From positions 124,001 through 188,000 of the forward strand of contig JADEYG010000002.1 in assembly GCA_016906335.1 (NCBI GenBank): a stretch of DNA of 64,000 bases, in the 5' to 3' direction. The notes under the pieces are model-generated. The model searched no databases, was not told the origin of the DNA, and saw only the letters and a list, made by a program, of their open reading frames with translations. The position numbers were made by a program, and so were the translations under genes. This document shows, piece by piece, positions 1 to 12,539 of the stretch. Every line of letters begins with the position of its first letter. The first letter of the stretch is position 1. This DNA is from Novakomyces olei. Its lineage: Eukaryota.

Positions 1-745
1 CAAACGTCCATTTGCCTCTGCCAAACAGCCGCAGTTTACTCTGCGAAAAAGGCGATTGCTGTAGCAATGGATCGCATTCTTGGCTGCTTAAAACACTCGC
101 CTCCATATCTCGCCATTCCTCAATAGCACGACCCCTTCCTTCGTCCTCATGCGCATACTCCTCCGAGTACCGCAGCTCCAAGTACCGCCCAAAAGGGTAG
201 AACGCGTAACGCGCTAGTCCGGCAAAGACGCGTCTGTAGCGGGCGCCTGTACGCGTCCAAACTACGCACATTACCAGTGTGGGCAGAGTAAACAGCAGCG
301 CCATCCACCAGCCAAACAGCAGTACCCAAAGAGCATTATTGTAGCTGTTGTGGCCACGAGTCCGGCCCGGTGCGGAGTGGATCTCGCCTTCAGCGCTGCG
401 CTGAACTGACCTGGATTTCTTATAGACCGCCGGCTTCCATATTCTTATACCAAAGGGGTGCGACTTGTTTATCCGCTCCTGCCGCTCCTTCAAGTCGAGG
501 CTCGTTACGCTCTGTACACTGTCCGCATCGCTCTCAGGGCTGTTTTGTGACGTATCTGCGCCCGTTTCAGCATCGTTTCTACGCCCATTGTCTCTCGACA
601 ATGAACCTTGCTCCGATCCGGCTACCGAGCCTCGGTCCGAGTTCGCTTCCAGCTGCGGCTGTGGCGGGTCCTGCTCAATTGCGTCACCCACATCTGCCGG
701 CGCTGGCCGTTCGCTAAAGTAATCAGTCTCGCCAGAGCCCGACAT
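1..745 (-). CDS. VNX1: Vnx1-type vacuolar cation/H+ antiporter (CAX type II), 5' part; runs off the left edge
   Basis: Manual translation from the ATG at 745 gives MSGSGETDYFSERP...LKERQERINKSHPFGIRIWKPAVYKKSRSV...NALWVLLFGWW...YAFYPFGRY. The 'INxxHPFGIRIWKPAxYKKxRS' and 'YPFG' motifs are typical of Vnx1. It is absent from the ORF track because no stop lies in the window. Confidence 0.85.
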   Translation of the reverse strand, partial: MSGSGETDYFSERPAPADVGDAIEQDPPQPQLEANSDRGSVAGSEQGSLSRDNGRRNDAETGADTSQNSPESDADSVQSVTSLDLKERQERINKSHPFGIRIWKPAVYKKSRSVQRSAEGEIHSAPGRTRGHNSYNNALWVLLFGWWMALLFTLPTLVMCVVWTRTGARYRRVFAGLARYAFYPFGRYLELRYSEEYAHEDEGRGRAIEEWRDMEASVLSSQECDPLLQQSPFSQSKLRLFGRGKWTF

Positions 746-810
746 TGTGCGCGTCCTGCGCAGTGCGCAATGTATTTTTGTGAATTTATTATCAGAATTA
801 TTTATTTATT

Positions 811-964
811 ATAAATAAATAATAAATAATAAATAATAAATAATAAATAATAAATAATAAATAATAAATAATAAATAATAAATAATAAATAATAAATAAT
901 AAATAATAAATAATAAATAATAAATAATAAATAATAAATAATAAATAATAAATAAATAATAAAT
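811..964. repeat. (AATAAAT)n heptanucleotide microsatellite in the divergent VNX1/myosin I intergenic region
   Basis: Visible tandem array; it accounts for the spurious LLFIIYY ORFs. Confidence 0.95.
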
Positions 965-1258
965 TGTGCTTCATCAATACTGCATGCAGTATTGCTTGCA
1001 ATGATAACCAGCTCTCGGAATGACATCTATTATTGGGATTAGCGTAAGCAGAAATACGTAGTAGCAATTGTACACTCGGCTCCGTTGCCGGACGTATGCG
1101 GGGCGGCAATTCACAGCGATACGGGAGCGATTAAGGCTGAAATCGAACGCGGCAGATTTCGATTACGGCCATACAATCGTCGAGCCAAAAATCGGGAAAA
1201 AAAAACGGTTATAAAGACACAAGTATCGAAGCTGTGGGTCAACTTTGCCAAGTGTTAA

Positions 1259-4200
1259 ATGGTACATTCGCCTTCCTTTTATCGCATTGCGCCAATAGAT
1301 CTGAGCTAATGTCAAGGCGATTACAAAACGCGCGGGCCGTACAAAAGGCCTTCATCATGGCGGAATCGATGCAGCGGCAAAAGGCGGCAAGCAGCAGCCG
1401 GCAGCGGTTAAAAAAGCCGCTTACGAAGCGACAAAGCGGAAAGCCGTCGGTGTCGATGATCTTACGCTCCTGTCGACGATCAGCAACGAGTCAATCAATG
1501 AAAATTTGAAGAAACGGTTCCAGAATGGAGAAATTTATACTTATATCGGCCACGTGCTTATTAGTGTGAACCCGTTCCGTGATTTGGGTATATACACGCA
1601 CGACATTGTCGAGTCTTACAAGGGCAAAAACCGTTTGGAAATGGCGCCGCACGTGTTTGCTATCGCCGAGAGCTCTTACTACCAGCTGAAAGCGTACAAT
1701 GAGAATCAGTGTATCATTATTTCCGGAGAGTCTGGCGCAGGAAAAACAGAGGCAGCCAAACGGATAATGGAGTATATCGCCAGCGCCTCTGAGGGCGGAG
1801 AGGACTCGGCTATCCAGCGAGTGAAGGAGACGATTCTCGCCACCAATCCGCTGCTCGAGTCTTTTGGCTGCGCAAAGACGTTGCGCAACAACAACTCTTC
1901 CAGACACGGAAAGTACCTCGAGATTGAGTTTAGTCGTGCCGGAGCGCCTATGGGCGCTCACGTTATCAACTACCTGCTGGAAAAGGGTAGGATCGTTTCG
2001 CAGATTAAAGACGAGAGGAATTTCCATATTTTTTACCAGTTTACAAAGGCGGCTTCGCAAAGGCACAGGGAAATGTTTGGTATTCAGGGCCCAGAGTCGT
2101 ACGTGTACACGTCACAATCGAAATGCTTCAATGTTGAGGGGATAGATGACAACAAGGACTTTGCTGTTACAACGCAGGCCATGACTACGATTGGCATTAC
2201 GGGTGAGGAGCAGGACGAAATCTTTAGAATGATTGCCATCATTCTGTGGATTGGTAATATTCAGTTTGCAGAAGATGCTGAGGGGAACGCTCAAGTGGCA
2301 GATACTGCAGTTACGGATTTTGTGGCTTATCTGATGGGCGTTGATGCTGCGCTTCTGGTAAAGGCAATAACCATCAGGATTATTGAAACGCAGCACGGCA
2401 TGAGACGGGGCAGTATCTATGACTCGCCGCTGAATAATACTCAGGCTTCGGCAGTACGTGATGCCCTGGCCAAAGGCATTTATAGCAGTCTCTTTGATTG
2501 GCTCTTTGAGCGGGTCAACAAGTCTCTGACTGCGCGCGGTGAGCATACGCAAGTGAACAAGACTATCGGCATCTTGGATATTTATGGGTTTGAAATCTTT
2601 GAACAAAATTCCTTTGAGCAGCTGTGTATCAACTATGTCAACGAAAAGCTGCAGCAAATTTTTATTCAATTGACGCTGAAAACGGAGCAGGAGGAGTACG
2701 TTCGTGAGCAAATTAAATGGACACCGATAAAGTACTTCAACAACAAAGTAGTGTGTGATTTAATTGAGGAGAAGAGGCCGCCCGGAATTTTTGCCGCCTT
2801 GAACGATGCAATTGCCACTGCTCATGCTGATTCAGTAGCGGCGGACAACTCGTTTGCTCAGAGGCTTAATATGCTCTCCTCCAACCCTCATTTTGAGTCC
2901 CGCAGGGCTCAGTTTATTGTGAAGCATTACGCTGGCGATGTTACGTACAATACGGTGGGGATGACAGACAAGAACAAGGATCAATTGCAGAAAGATTTGC
3001 TTGAACTAGTGCAGACTACTAACAACGGCTTTTTGCTCTCTCTGTTTTCCGAGCATATTGATACCAGTTCCAAGCGTCGGCCGCCGACTGCCGGAGACAA
3101 GATCAAACAGTCGGCAAACGATTTAGTGAGCACTCTGATGCAGTGCCAACCGAGCTATATCCGCACAATCAAACCCAACTCTCATCGGTCGCCGACAGAG
3201 TACGACGATCATGCAGTTTTGCACCAGGTAAAGTACCTCGGCTTGCAAGAGAATGTAAGGATCCGCCGTGCCGGGTTCGCCTACCGTCAAACCTTTGAAA
3301 AGTTTGTTGAGCGATTCTACCTGCTCTCTCCCAAGACTTCTTATGCCGGAGAGTATACGTGGAAGGGGGATATGCCCAGTGCAGTGAAGGAAATCTTTAG
3401 GGCAACAAATATACCGGATGACGAGTGGCAAATGGGTGTAACAAAGGCCTTTATTAAACGACCAGAAACCCTATTTGCCCTGGAGGGCATGCGCGACCGG
3501 TACTGGCATACTATGGCCACTCGGATCCAGCGGGCCTGGCGCCGCTACTGCTGCTACCGGAACGAGTGTGCGAGTAAAATACAGAAAATGTGGAGAGAGT
3601 CTAAACGCACTATAAAGTACGTACAGTGGCGGGATAGGGGCAACGAGTTGGTGTACGGGAAAAAGGAGAGACGACGGTTCAGTTTGCTGGGGTACCGAAG
3701 ATTTTATGGGGATTATATTGGCTGCAATTTTCGTGGAGGCATTGGAGAAATGATTTGCAAGGCTACTGGCATCCGTGAACATGTTGAATTCTCTGCCCGC
3801 TGTGACGTTTTGCTGTCAAAGCTCGGCAGATCGAGTAAGCCAGCGCCCCGGCAGTTGATAATGACTCGGCAGACGGTTTACATTGTTGTAACCACCGTGC
3901 ACAATCGGCAGTTGACGCATACAATTGAACGGTCAGTGTCGATCCCGCAGATCAAATACGTGGGCATGACTAACCTGCGGGATGATTGGTTTGCTATCGG
4001 CCTCGGGTCGCTGTCGGAACCCGATCCTTTTGTGTCTTGTGTCTTCAAGACAGAGTTTGCTACCCGCCTTGACGGGTTCAAGTCCGGCGGGCTCAGTCTC
4101 AGGATTGGGCCCACTATTGAGTATGCAAAGAAACCTGGAAAATTGGTGGCCATAAAGGCAGTTAGAGACGAGAGTATTCCCCGCGACGATCATTACAAGA

Positions 4201-4853
4201 GCGGAGCTATTCATGTGCCCACAGGCGAAAACTCGCGCAGCAAATCCAAACCTACACCTCAGCCCAGGGGGTCGACAGCAGCAAGCTCAAGGAGAAAACC
4301 GGCTCCAAGACCAGCAGCCGCAGCTAAACCTGCTCAAAATATTAACCCTAACCCTGTCTCTATTCGTAACGGAATTGCTACTAACCCTAACCCTAACCCT
4401 ACACCTGCTTCTGCCAAATTCTCGGCGGGCGTTGGTGCGGCAGTCAATGGAACGAGTGGTCGCAAAGCCGCACCGCCCCCTCCCCCGCCACCACCGGCTC
4501 CTCCAGCAGAAGAGAAAGATTTATACATTGCGCTTTACGATTTTGCCGGTCGTTCAGGGAACGAGTTGTCCATTAAAAAGGACGATATTGTCAAAGTCCT
4601 GCAGGGCGATACTGGTGGATGGTGTCTTGGACTGCTTAATGGAGCAGAAGGATGGGTCCCAGCCAATTATATAGAGCCCTGTAAGCCAGTGTCTAGAGCT
4701 CCTCCACCACCTCCGCCAGCTGCGCCTTCTGCCTCTGGAGGCAATAGTGGCTCTCAGACGCCGACGAATGCTAATATTGGAAGTCTCGCAGATGCGTTGA
4801 GGCAGAGGGCTTCATTGAACCGAGGCGGCAATGACGATGATGAAGAATGGTGA
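1259..4853 (+). CDS. MYO1: Type I myosin (fungal Myo1/Myo3/5/MyoA)
   Basis: ATG 1259-1261, intron 1262-1316 (GTACAT..GCTAATgtcAAG), then MAITKRAG.... It has the P-loop [17 protein letters not shown], the TEDS site RRGSIY, IQ motifs, a TH1 domain, a Pro-rich linker, an SH3 domain (ALYDF..GW) and the acidic tail DDDEEW. Confidence 0.97.
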
Positions 4854-5237
4854 TTAATTTGGTCGGTTTCGAGTTACTTTGATTATAATCTTTAAATTTA
4901 TTAATAATTTATTTTTATTTTTATTTTAAATTTAAATTTAAATTTATCAATATTTTTGTTTTTATGTTTCTCGATATTTATGAAAGAAGATAGTTGACGC
5001 CGGTCTCTGGTTATTATCATAGACGCTGCAAGAATGAAGTTTGGAGAAAAGGAGATAAAAAAGCAGTCGAAAGTTAATAAAGTTAGACTGAAGAGATCCT
5101 GAACGGAATGGAGTAAGCAACGTTGACATTTTGAGAAATCAATAGTATATTACTTTATTGCTAGCAAATACCGGTATTATACGCCGCCCGACGCAACTGC
5201 TACGAATTGCGCTCAACCCTTTACCCGACTCTTCCGC

Positions 5238-5745
5238 TTATACTCCGTAAATGTTTTCGTACCACTTTTTGCTGTAGTAAGCAGTCGAAAACAGACCCAA
5301 TGAAAGTAACCCTGACGGCACCGGTTTAAACCCGACTTTTTGAACTCGTCCAATCGCTGCTGCGAAAAGCGTCACAGACGAAACTGACGTTAGACGGAAC
5401 TAACTATACAAGACAGCGGAGAAAAAAAAATAAATATAAAATATAAAAAATAAAAAATAAAAAAAATAAGCCGAGCAATATATTTAATGCAAACATGTAC
5501 AAATTGATGTGCGAGTATAGGGCAATCGTACCAGTAGCAAGCTCAGTCCCGTAATCTCTGTTTTGCTGTAAGAGGTAGCCGGAAAGAGCAAAAGCCGATC
5601 CGAGCCCTAGGCCGGCAATAAGACTCGGCTTTGACCGTTTCTTCGCGTAGCCCATAGCGCCACCAAAGGCTAAAAGGCCGGCCATAGTGTACGACGGGTG
5701 ATGAGACTGAGGCATTAGCAAAAGCTTATCGGAGTGAATTACCAT
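5238..5745 (-). CDS. TMEM14-family small membrane protein
   Basis: Exons: ATG 5745-5743, 5706-5532 and 5383-5238. Spliced product: MSHHPSYTMAGLLAFGGAMGYAKKRSKPSLIAG...AYYSKKWYENIYGV. The 'GGxMGYxKxxSxPSLIAG' motif is typical of TMEM14. Confidence 0.85.
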
Positions 5746-6164
5746 CGTTGCAGATGAATTGAATCAATTTAAAATTAAATTATTATAATTAGATTTAATA
5801 ATTAAATTATTATAATTAGATTTAATAGATATTATAATTAATATAATTAATATTATTAATATAATTAATAGACAATCAAATTAATAAACTACAATTAATA
5901 ACAGCTGTTGAGAAGTTGGAACAGGGAAAGAATAAAGGGGATTAGCTACTCTAGATTTTGAGATTTTACGGGCTTGGACAAAATGGATAGAGAATTAACC
6001 ATTAAATAAAGAATCAAATCTTTGATTAACATGTAAAAGTTTGGTCAACAATAATCATTAATGGGTAATATTACCAAATAAATAATAAATATTATAAATA
6101 TAATAATAAACATATTTAATTATCATTTAGTTAATCAGCGAGCGTACAGTGCACGGCCATTAGC

Positions 6165-6245
6165 ATCGTAAATTCTTTGCATCGTAATACTCTTTGCATC
6201 GTAATACTCTTTGCATCGTAATACTCTTTGCATCTTGATACTCTT
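6165..6245. repeat. About 17-bp tandem repeat (TCTTTGCATCGTAATAC), roughly 4 copies, just 3' of MSN5
   Basis: Seen directly. Confidence 0.85.
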
Positions 6246-6314
6246 GGCTCGTAAACTCCTCTGTTCAAAATTGCAATTAATGTGGCTACACATGAACCGA
6301 CCTGCGACGCAGGC

Positions 6315-9300
6315 CTAATCTTCCTCGCCTGTCCGTTTAAACAAGTCTGTGAGCCCCACATCCTCCTCCGTCTCGGCAGTTTCAACGAGGTTGGTAGACC
6401 TTTTCCCACTAAACTGGTCGTCCATAGAGGAAATCCGCAAATTGCTCCGGAACCGTCGCAGAATCTCCTTGGAATCCACATCGGCAACGCCAACACGGGC
6501 AAGAGCCTTCTTCCTGTCCAGAGTGCCGTTTATCGAGTTTTCGTTTATTCCGCCCGACTGAACGAGCCCCCACATGAGCAGCTTTTGTGTCCGCTTGTTC
6601 GTGGTGGCCATAATCTCAGAGTGGAACTGCTCCAGCCGTCCACCCTGAGCGAGGTTTGGGATAGTGAGCAGGACAGAGCGGCAGGCACCTGAGCCCCTCG
6701 ACTCGGCGGCCAAGTACAGCTGCACCAGGATCTGTGCTAAAGCAGAGTACTGTGGGCTAAAGTAGGCGTCGTGGACCATAAACAGGATTGTTTTTAGTGC
6801 CTCAGCGTAGAACCGCTCTTCTACTACTCGACCAGGTCCAGAGGGAGCGGCAACGAGGTACACGAGTGACTTGAGGATGGCAATTGCCACTCCGCAGGAC
6901 CGCTGGTCCCGTACAGACATCGTGAACAGCACAATGCCGATAATGGGCACTACAATCGACGGCTGAGAGGCGGAAAAGATGGCTATTGTAGACACTACAG
7001 GCTCTACGCCGGCCGTGTGAGCCGGAGCCGGAGCTTGGCCGGCACAGAGGTCCCGGACGAGGCGGACAGCGGCATTTGTAAAGTGCCGGAGAAGGCACTC
7101 CTCCATCATTTCGTCACTGAGATCGTCCTTGGGCGCCTCTTCCTCGTCCTGGTCGATTACGAGCCCTCGAGCGACCATCCGTGTCCACTCAGCTCGCAGC
7201 CTGTCCAGCAAATTACGCAAGAGAGAGGGTAAAAAGGGTGGGAGAGTAGTGCGCCAGTACTTGTAAGGGCAGTTATTTACAATCGTCCTCACTGCCGCAA
7301 TCAGGTTCGACAGTGCGTGGAAGGAGACACCGTCTGTACCAACGGCAAAGGCACTCTCCAACTGAGAGCCAATATCGGGAATAGCAAAGAAAGGTTCGTT
7401 CAGCATCGACAGAGCTGCAATAGTGGAGTAGCAGTGCTCACGTGTGCGCCTGACAAAGTGGCCGAGCGTATGCGCCAACTCTTTTACCGTGTCTGACGAC
7501 CTCGAAGACTCCTCGAGAAACTCGTCCTTGGACAGCTTGCTCACACCGTGCAGCCAGAACCGTTCCTGCCGGGACTCGTGCATGACCGCCTGCACTTCGG
7601 CGGGGTAGCCGGCAAAGGCGGACGGCTGTGCGATCTCGTGCAGGCAACTGCTCAGTTAGTACCGTAGTAGAGTGTTTTTTTTTTTTTTTTTTTTTTTTTT
7701 TTTGGGTATATTTTTGTATAATTTTGTATATTTTTGTATAATTTTGTATAATTTTGTATAATTTTGTATTTGTTTTGTATTTTCTTTTGGTCAAACCTGC
7801 TGGCTTACCGTGTTATACTGACGAGGCTCGGGAATATTTCCCGGTAGACAGGCGCCCACAGCTCACAGCTTAGTTTCATATCCGCCTCGCTTTTCAAACC
7901 GCTCTCCATCGATACCTCGACAAATTTTCTAAACGCCCGTACCGGCCACATCTGCCAGTTTTAGTACAAACAAACAATTAAACGAAATACAGGTAAACGA
8001 AAAACAAAAAACAGGTAAACAAAAGACAATTAAACAATTAATAAAGAAAAAAGAAAAACATTCTTTTTGCGCCTGAGCAGTAAACTACGACGACTTACCT
8101 TTTTCCGCTCCTCTTTAAGTTCCTCCTGCAATTTAAGCCCCTGCTCGTCCAGCTTAAAATTATCCATATTCTCGTGCACAACATCAATCTTGCGCGAAAC
8201 AATGTACTCATAGATCTTTTGCACACCAAAAAACCTTGAAAAATTATTGAGACTGCTGATATCCGACTGCAGCTCGGGGTTTGACCAGATACGCAGAATC
8301 GGATCCACAACTTCATGGAACTTTGCCGCCTTGTCTTGCGCGGGGATAGACGAAAGCTGGCTAATGACCAGCAGAAAAGCACTGTACACAGTGTTTTCAT
8401 TTTCAGACCGCGTTCTGTCCGTCGAAATTCGCTGGATATGCTCTTTTAAATTGTCGTACTCGGTCTAGTAATTAGCAAATTGCGTGGCTCGATTTCGTGC
8501 TGTATTACTATCAGTATATTTGGCATTGCGCAAGCAAGACGGATAAGCTCTCCACCACAACGGCCACGGAGCTCTCGAATCCGTATTACCACCTCGTCCG
8601 CGTACCCTACGGGATACGGATAGCTCGTAGTCGTAATAACACGCTGTAGCACCGTGCCCAGCATTACATTGCCTATTAACGAGGCTCCAGAATCATCGAG
8701 CAAGCTCGCAAACGTTACCAGCAGTGAAATTTGTCGACCCATAATAAGCGGATCCTGGATCTGTAAATACATTATTATAATAAAATGAGAATAAAATGAG
8801 AATAAAATAAGACTAAAATAAGAATAAAATAAGACTAAAATAAGAATAAAATAAGACTAAAATAAGAATAAAATAAGACTAAAATAAGAATAAAATAAGA
8901 ATAAAATAAGAATAATGAAATAATGAAATACAACACGAGCAAAGCCATCCTTTATTCTGCCCTGCACGCTCATGCCAAACATGCGCTCTGCTTCCTTTCT
9001 GCCTTTATTTATGATCTGATTAAATTGCGTGTAGACTTACCTCAAAATCTGATACAGCTAGTTGCGAACACCATTGTGTAATATGTGTATGTATGTGCTC
9101 GTAAACGGGCCCACTTAATCGCGAATTTTGGGGGCTAACATTCAGCACCTTCTCTTCATCTCGAATACGCTGAGTCCCACGGAGACACGCATCAATTATA
9201 CTGAAAATCTGATCGCATCTTATATAAGCCGGGCTCGATTTGCGGCACAGGCCGTGTTCGTCTCGGAAACTTGAATCCAGCTTGGTGCTGTAGAAGTCTT

Positions 9301-11325
9301 TCACGTATGCGTCCACACGCGATACTGATTCGACAGGCTTAAGCAGATGAGTAAATCGAAAAGCCAAGCGGGTATGTAATTACTTCCAAAAAATAACACA
9401 AAGTAATAATACAAAATAACAAGATAAACACTAATAATAATATTTGTAATAACACTTTAAAAAATGGATGGCATACCTGAATGTACGTAATCATTCGCAA
9501 AATGTCAGACATGAATCTTTTCATATTCGACGCAAATGCGTGGAGTTCCGGAATACCTTCAATATCCACGTCAAGCAGGAAAGTAACTGGCGAATTCGCC
9601 AAAACATGGCTACGAGCATCCTCGTACTAAGTGAACAAACAAGCGTTAGTATATAAATTGGTTTTTGTTGAAATGCTTCCTTCCAATTAACATACCGAAA
9701 TCATGTTTGTGCAAGCAATGTCGAATAATGTCGAGAGCCGTGGAATCAGCTGATTAGGAATGCGAAGTGGGGATTCACGTAACGTGACTGTCCAAAACGT
9801 TTGTGTCATTGAAACTATCATCAACGAAGGGCTTTTCATAGTTCGAAGCACCAGATCGAGGTATGCACTGTATGCATCCTCTGGGAAATCCTTGAATAAT
9901 GGTATTTTTGATCCAAGAGCTATAATTGTCTAAAACCAATTAGCAAAAAAGACTAATCAAAAGTACACTCTATTCAATTTTTTCACTAAATAAATGAAAA
10001 AAAAAAACAAAAAAGTCAGTAGATAATGACAGTAACTGTATACAATCTTTCAAAATAAAATATTAAATAGCTTGCGGTAAAGAGCATGACCTACCTCTGA
10101 AAGTTTCTTTAGTACAGTGTAAGACGATTCATCAACACCCGTCTTGTCCGCTTTCAAACTGTCCGAGAGCAAATCAAACACTTGCTGCAATGCCTGCAAG
10201 CTCTGTGATTCAAACAAGGCTTCTGCTATTGGCCAGAGTGGATCTGCACTCGATGAGACCCGATATATCAATATGTATAGACAATCAAGTGCAACCTTCA
10301 CGAGTAAGCAGACGAAATTAAACTCGTAAAAATTCTTACCGCTTGGACTGGAGCATTGCCGTTAATAAGGCACCCACAAACGTTTTGTGCTACTTTACAC
10401 TCAACAATGCTTTCTGGTAAAACCCAGCTCAGACTCGTCTTAATTGCAGACAAAATATTGGCGCGGTCCCTTTGCTCCGTGGCAGTCAATAACGAATTAG
10501 ACAGGATCTGGAGCCAGCCGGGATTGTCCTCGGGAATAAGCACTTCAAACGGGAGACCTTGCTCTCCGTAATGTGCTTTCAGGACACTTGCGGAACATAC
10601 AATCGAGAGCAGGCCGGTGCTTAAGACAGTGTGCCGCAGTCCGGCTACCTCGTCATCTAATAAAAATACATCCTCAATGAAGGCTTGTAAAATGGAAAGC
10701 GCAAGCGTGCGGCCCTGTGCCTAATCATGGTTAGAACCTCAGCATTTCCCAGAAAGCAATCATACGTTTTTGTCATAAATTTGATGCAATATGGTATCCA
10801 TGTCCATCCAGGAAGTCAGCCATTCTCGCTTAGCGACTTCGACAAACAAAGCGGCCGTCTTTTCGCGTACAAAGTGTGATTCGTTTCCGCGTAAGCCCTG
10901 AGTTTGTCAACAGTTTTCCCAATTTAATTGCTCTGCTATAATTTTAGATCAAGGCTTACGTTTAACGCAATATCAACCACCCATTCCCGAATCTGATTAC
11001 GTTGGTCCAGACTATATTTTGCCCAAAACGCGGAGACACAGTGATTGATTATCGACAATCCGAAATGCCGAACCGGATCAAAATCAGGACCCGTGTCAGA
11101 GCGTTTCATAAGCTCATAGCCGTATATAGGAGCCAGCGGCTGGTTTTTGATCTCCTCCAGAGTCTTTAAAGCACAATTAGAAATGATGCGTGCAAATAGG
11201 TCTCTGCAATAACTTACAGATTGCGCGCGTAGCCGATCATTGTTGGTGGAAGCCGGCGAGTGCACTACGGCGAGCGCCTGCACGATGACTTGTAGCTCTG
11301 CAAACGGAGACGGATCAGTGTTCAT
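6315..11325 (-). CDS. MSN5: Exportin-5/Msn5-like karyopherin, multi-exon
   Basis: Chain of minus-strand exons with GT..AG introns. The N-terminus resembles importin-beta (IVQALAVVHSPASTNNDRLRAQS..LEEIK..VRHFGLSI). Later segments include KSPSLMIVS and ESRQERFWLHGVSKLSKDEF, which resemble fungal Msn5. The start ATG at 11325 is inferred. Confidence 0.85.
8783..8912. repeat. Intronic ~11-bp minisatellite (AATAAAATAAG / ACTAAAATAAG) in MSN5
   Basis: Seen directly. Confidence 0.85.
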
Positions 11326-11608
11326 GCTCTTGTGTGCCTGAAGACTATGGCCGAGTTTAAAGGAGACCAAGTATGAAACAATAATCTCTATGACTTTTGA
11401 TCTTCCTGTGGAAACACGTACCTGAGTCTGTGGACATCACTGGCCGGCCATAATGTCGCTCGCCCCGTTCACTAATAGTGCCAATTTGTGCACGTCGAAT
11501 TGCCCCTCGCCCAACTGTTTATGAGCCTTGTCTCGCAGTGTTAACTTTATTAGTCTGTAGTATCGTAGTTTCGTGTTTTATTCACACGTACATGCATTAT
11601 TACATGTA

Positions 11609-11609
<1 letters not shown>

Positions 11610-11697
<88 letters not shown>
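11610..11697. repeat. (AAT)n microsatellite in the divergent MSN5/VMA22 intergenic region
   Basis: Seen directly. Confidence 0.95.
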
Positions 11698-11721
11698 TTA
11701 TTATTAATTGTTTTGGCGCCG

Positions 11722-12507
11722 ATGACAGATCGCGTTGATTTGGAGGCGGCCGAAAGGCTTGACGCGGCCTATGAACTTTACTTGGATTATATAAACGAGT
11801 ACCAACGACTGCGATTTCAAAGTGACAAAAGCTTTAAAGATGTAAAATATTAAAACTATTCATTTTCGAATTTTTGTCTATTCAAATGTATTAACGACCA
11901 GGCTTTTTGGATGCTGGCGCAGGTTAACAAGGAGCAAGGCTACTTGACCTCCAATCGGCTGACACCGTCTAGCTTTGGCTTAAACACTCAAACATTTATG
12001 TAATTGAATTTAACATAAAGTTTTTATTGTACCTAATATAAATCAGTGCTTGTTCTGAGAATGGAGAGTTTACTATTGGCCCTAGCAAAGTGTCTTCGAG
12101 TCCATCAGAAAAGCTGCGTCGACGAAACGTTAAATTTGACTCTAAAGAGACAATCGAATCTGAGAAAGAGTCGGGCGCCGAAAAAGAACAGGAGAAGGAA
12201 AGCAGGACTTTGATTGGAAAAGGACCATCACCCGCGACGGGCCGACTAGTCTCGCCTTCTTTTAAAAAGGCCGAAACCTCTTTTTACAAAAGTATGAGTA
12301 TCAAAATTTGTTTAATTAATTGACTAATTGTTTTCTTTCTTTTCTTGTTTACAGTTTCACATTTGAATAAAAGACTAACATTTAAACTTGTTTATCTAAG
12401 GTATTGTTGCCACTGCTGAACTCGCGAGCACTGTCCACCGCATTAATGCCTTGGAAAATGAAATACGCAATATGCATCAACAAATATATACAGTTGAAAA
12501 CGTATAA
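11722..12507 (+). CDS. VMA22: Vma22/CCDC115-like V-ATPase assembly factor, 4 exons
   Basis: Manual splicing gives MTDRVDLEAAERLDAAYELYLDYINEYQRLRFQSDKSFKD|AFWMLAQVN...GRLVSPSFKKAETSFYK|SIVATAELASTVHRINALENEI. This N- and C-terminal helix pattern resembles the Vma22/CCDC115 family. Confidence 0.7.
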
Positions 12508-12539
12508 GCAAAATAGAAGGCAAAGAAACAATGTTTCAT

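Noticed and set aside
798-1109. ORFs with repeated LLFIIYY
   Set aside because: Translations of the (AATAAAT)n microsatellite.
4344-4401. (CCCTAA)n inside the myosin I gene as an interstitial telomere
   Set aside because: It encodes NPNP in the Pro-rich linker and stays in frame; there is no sign of a fusion point.
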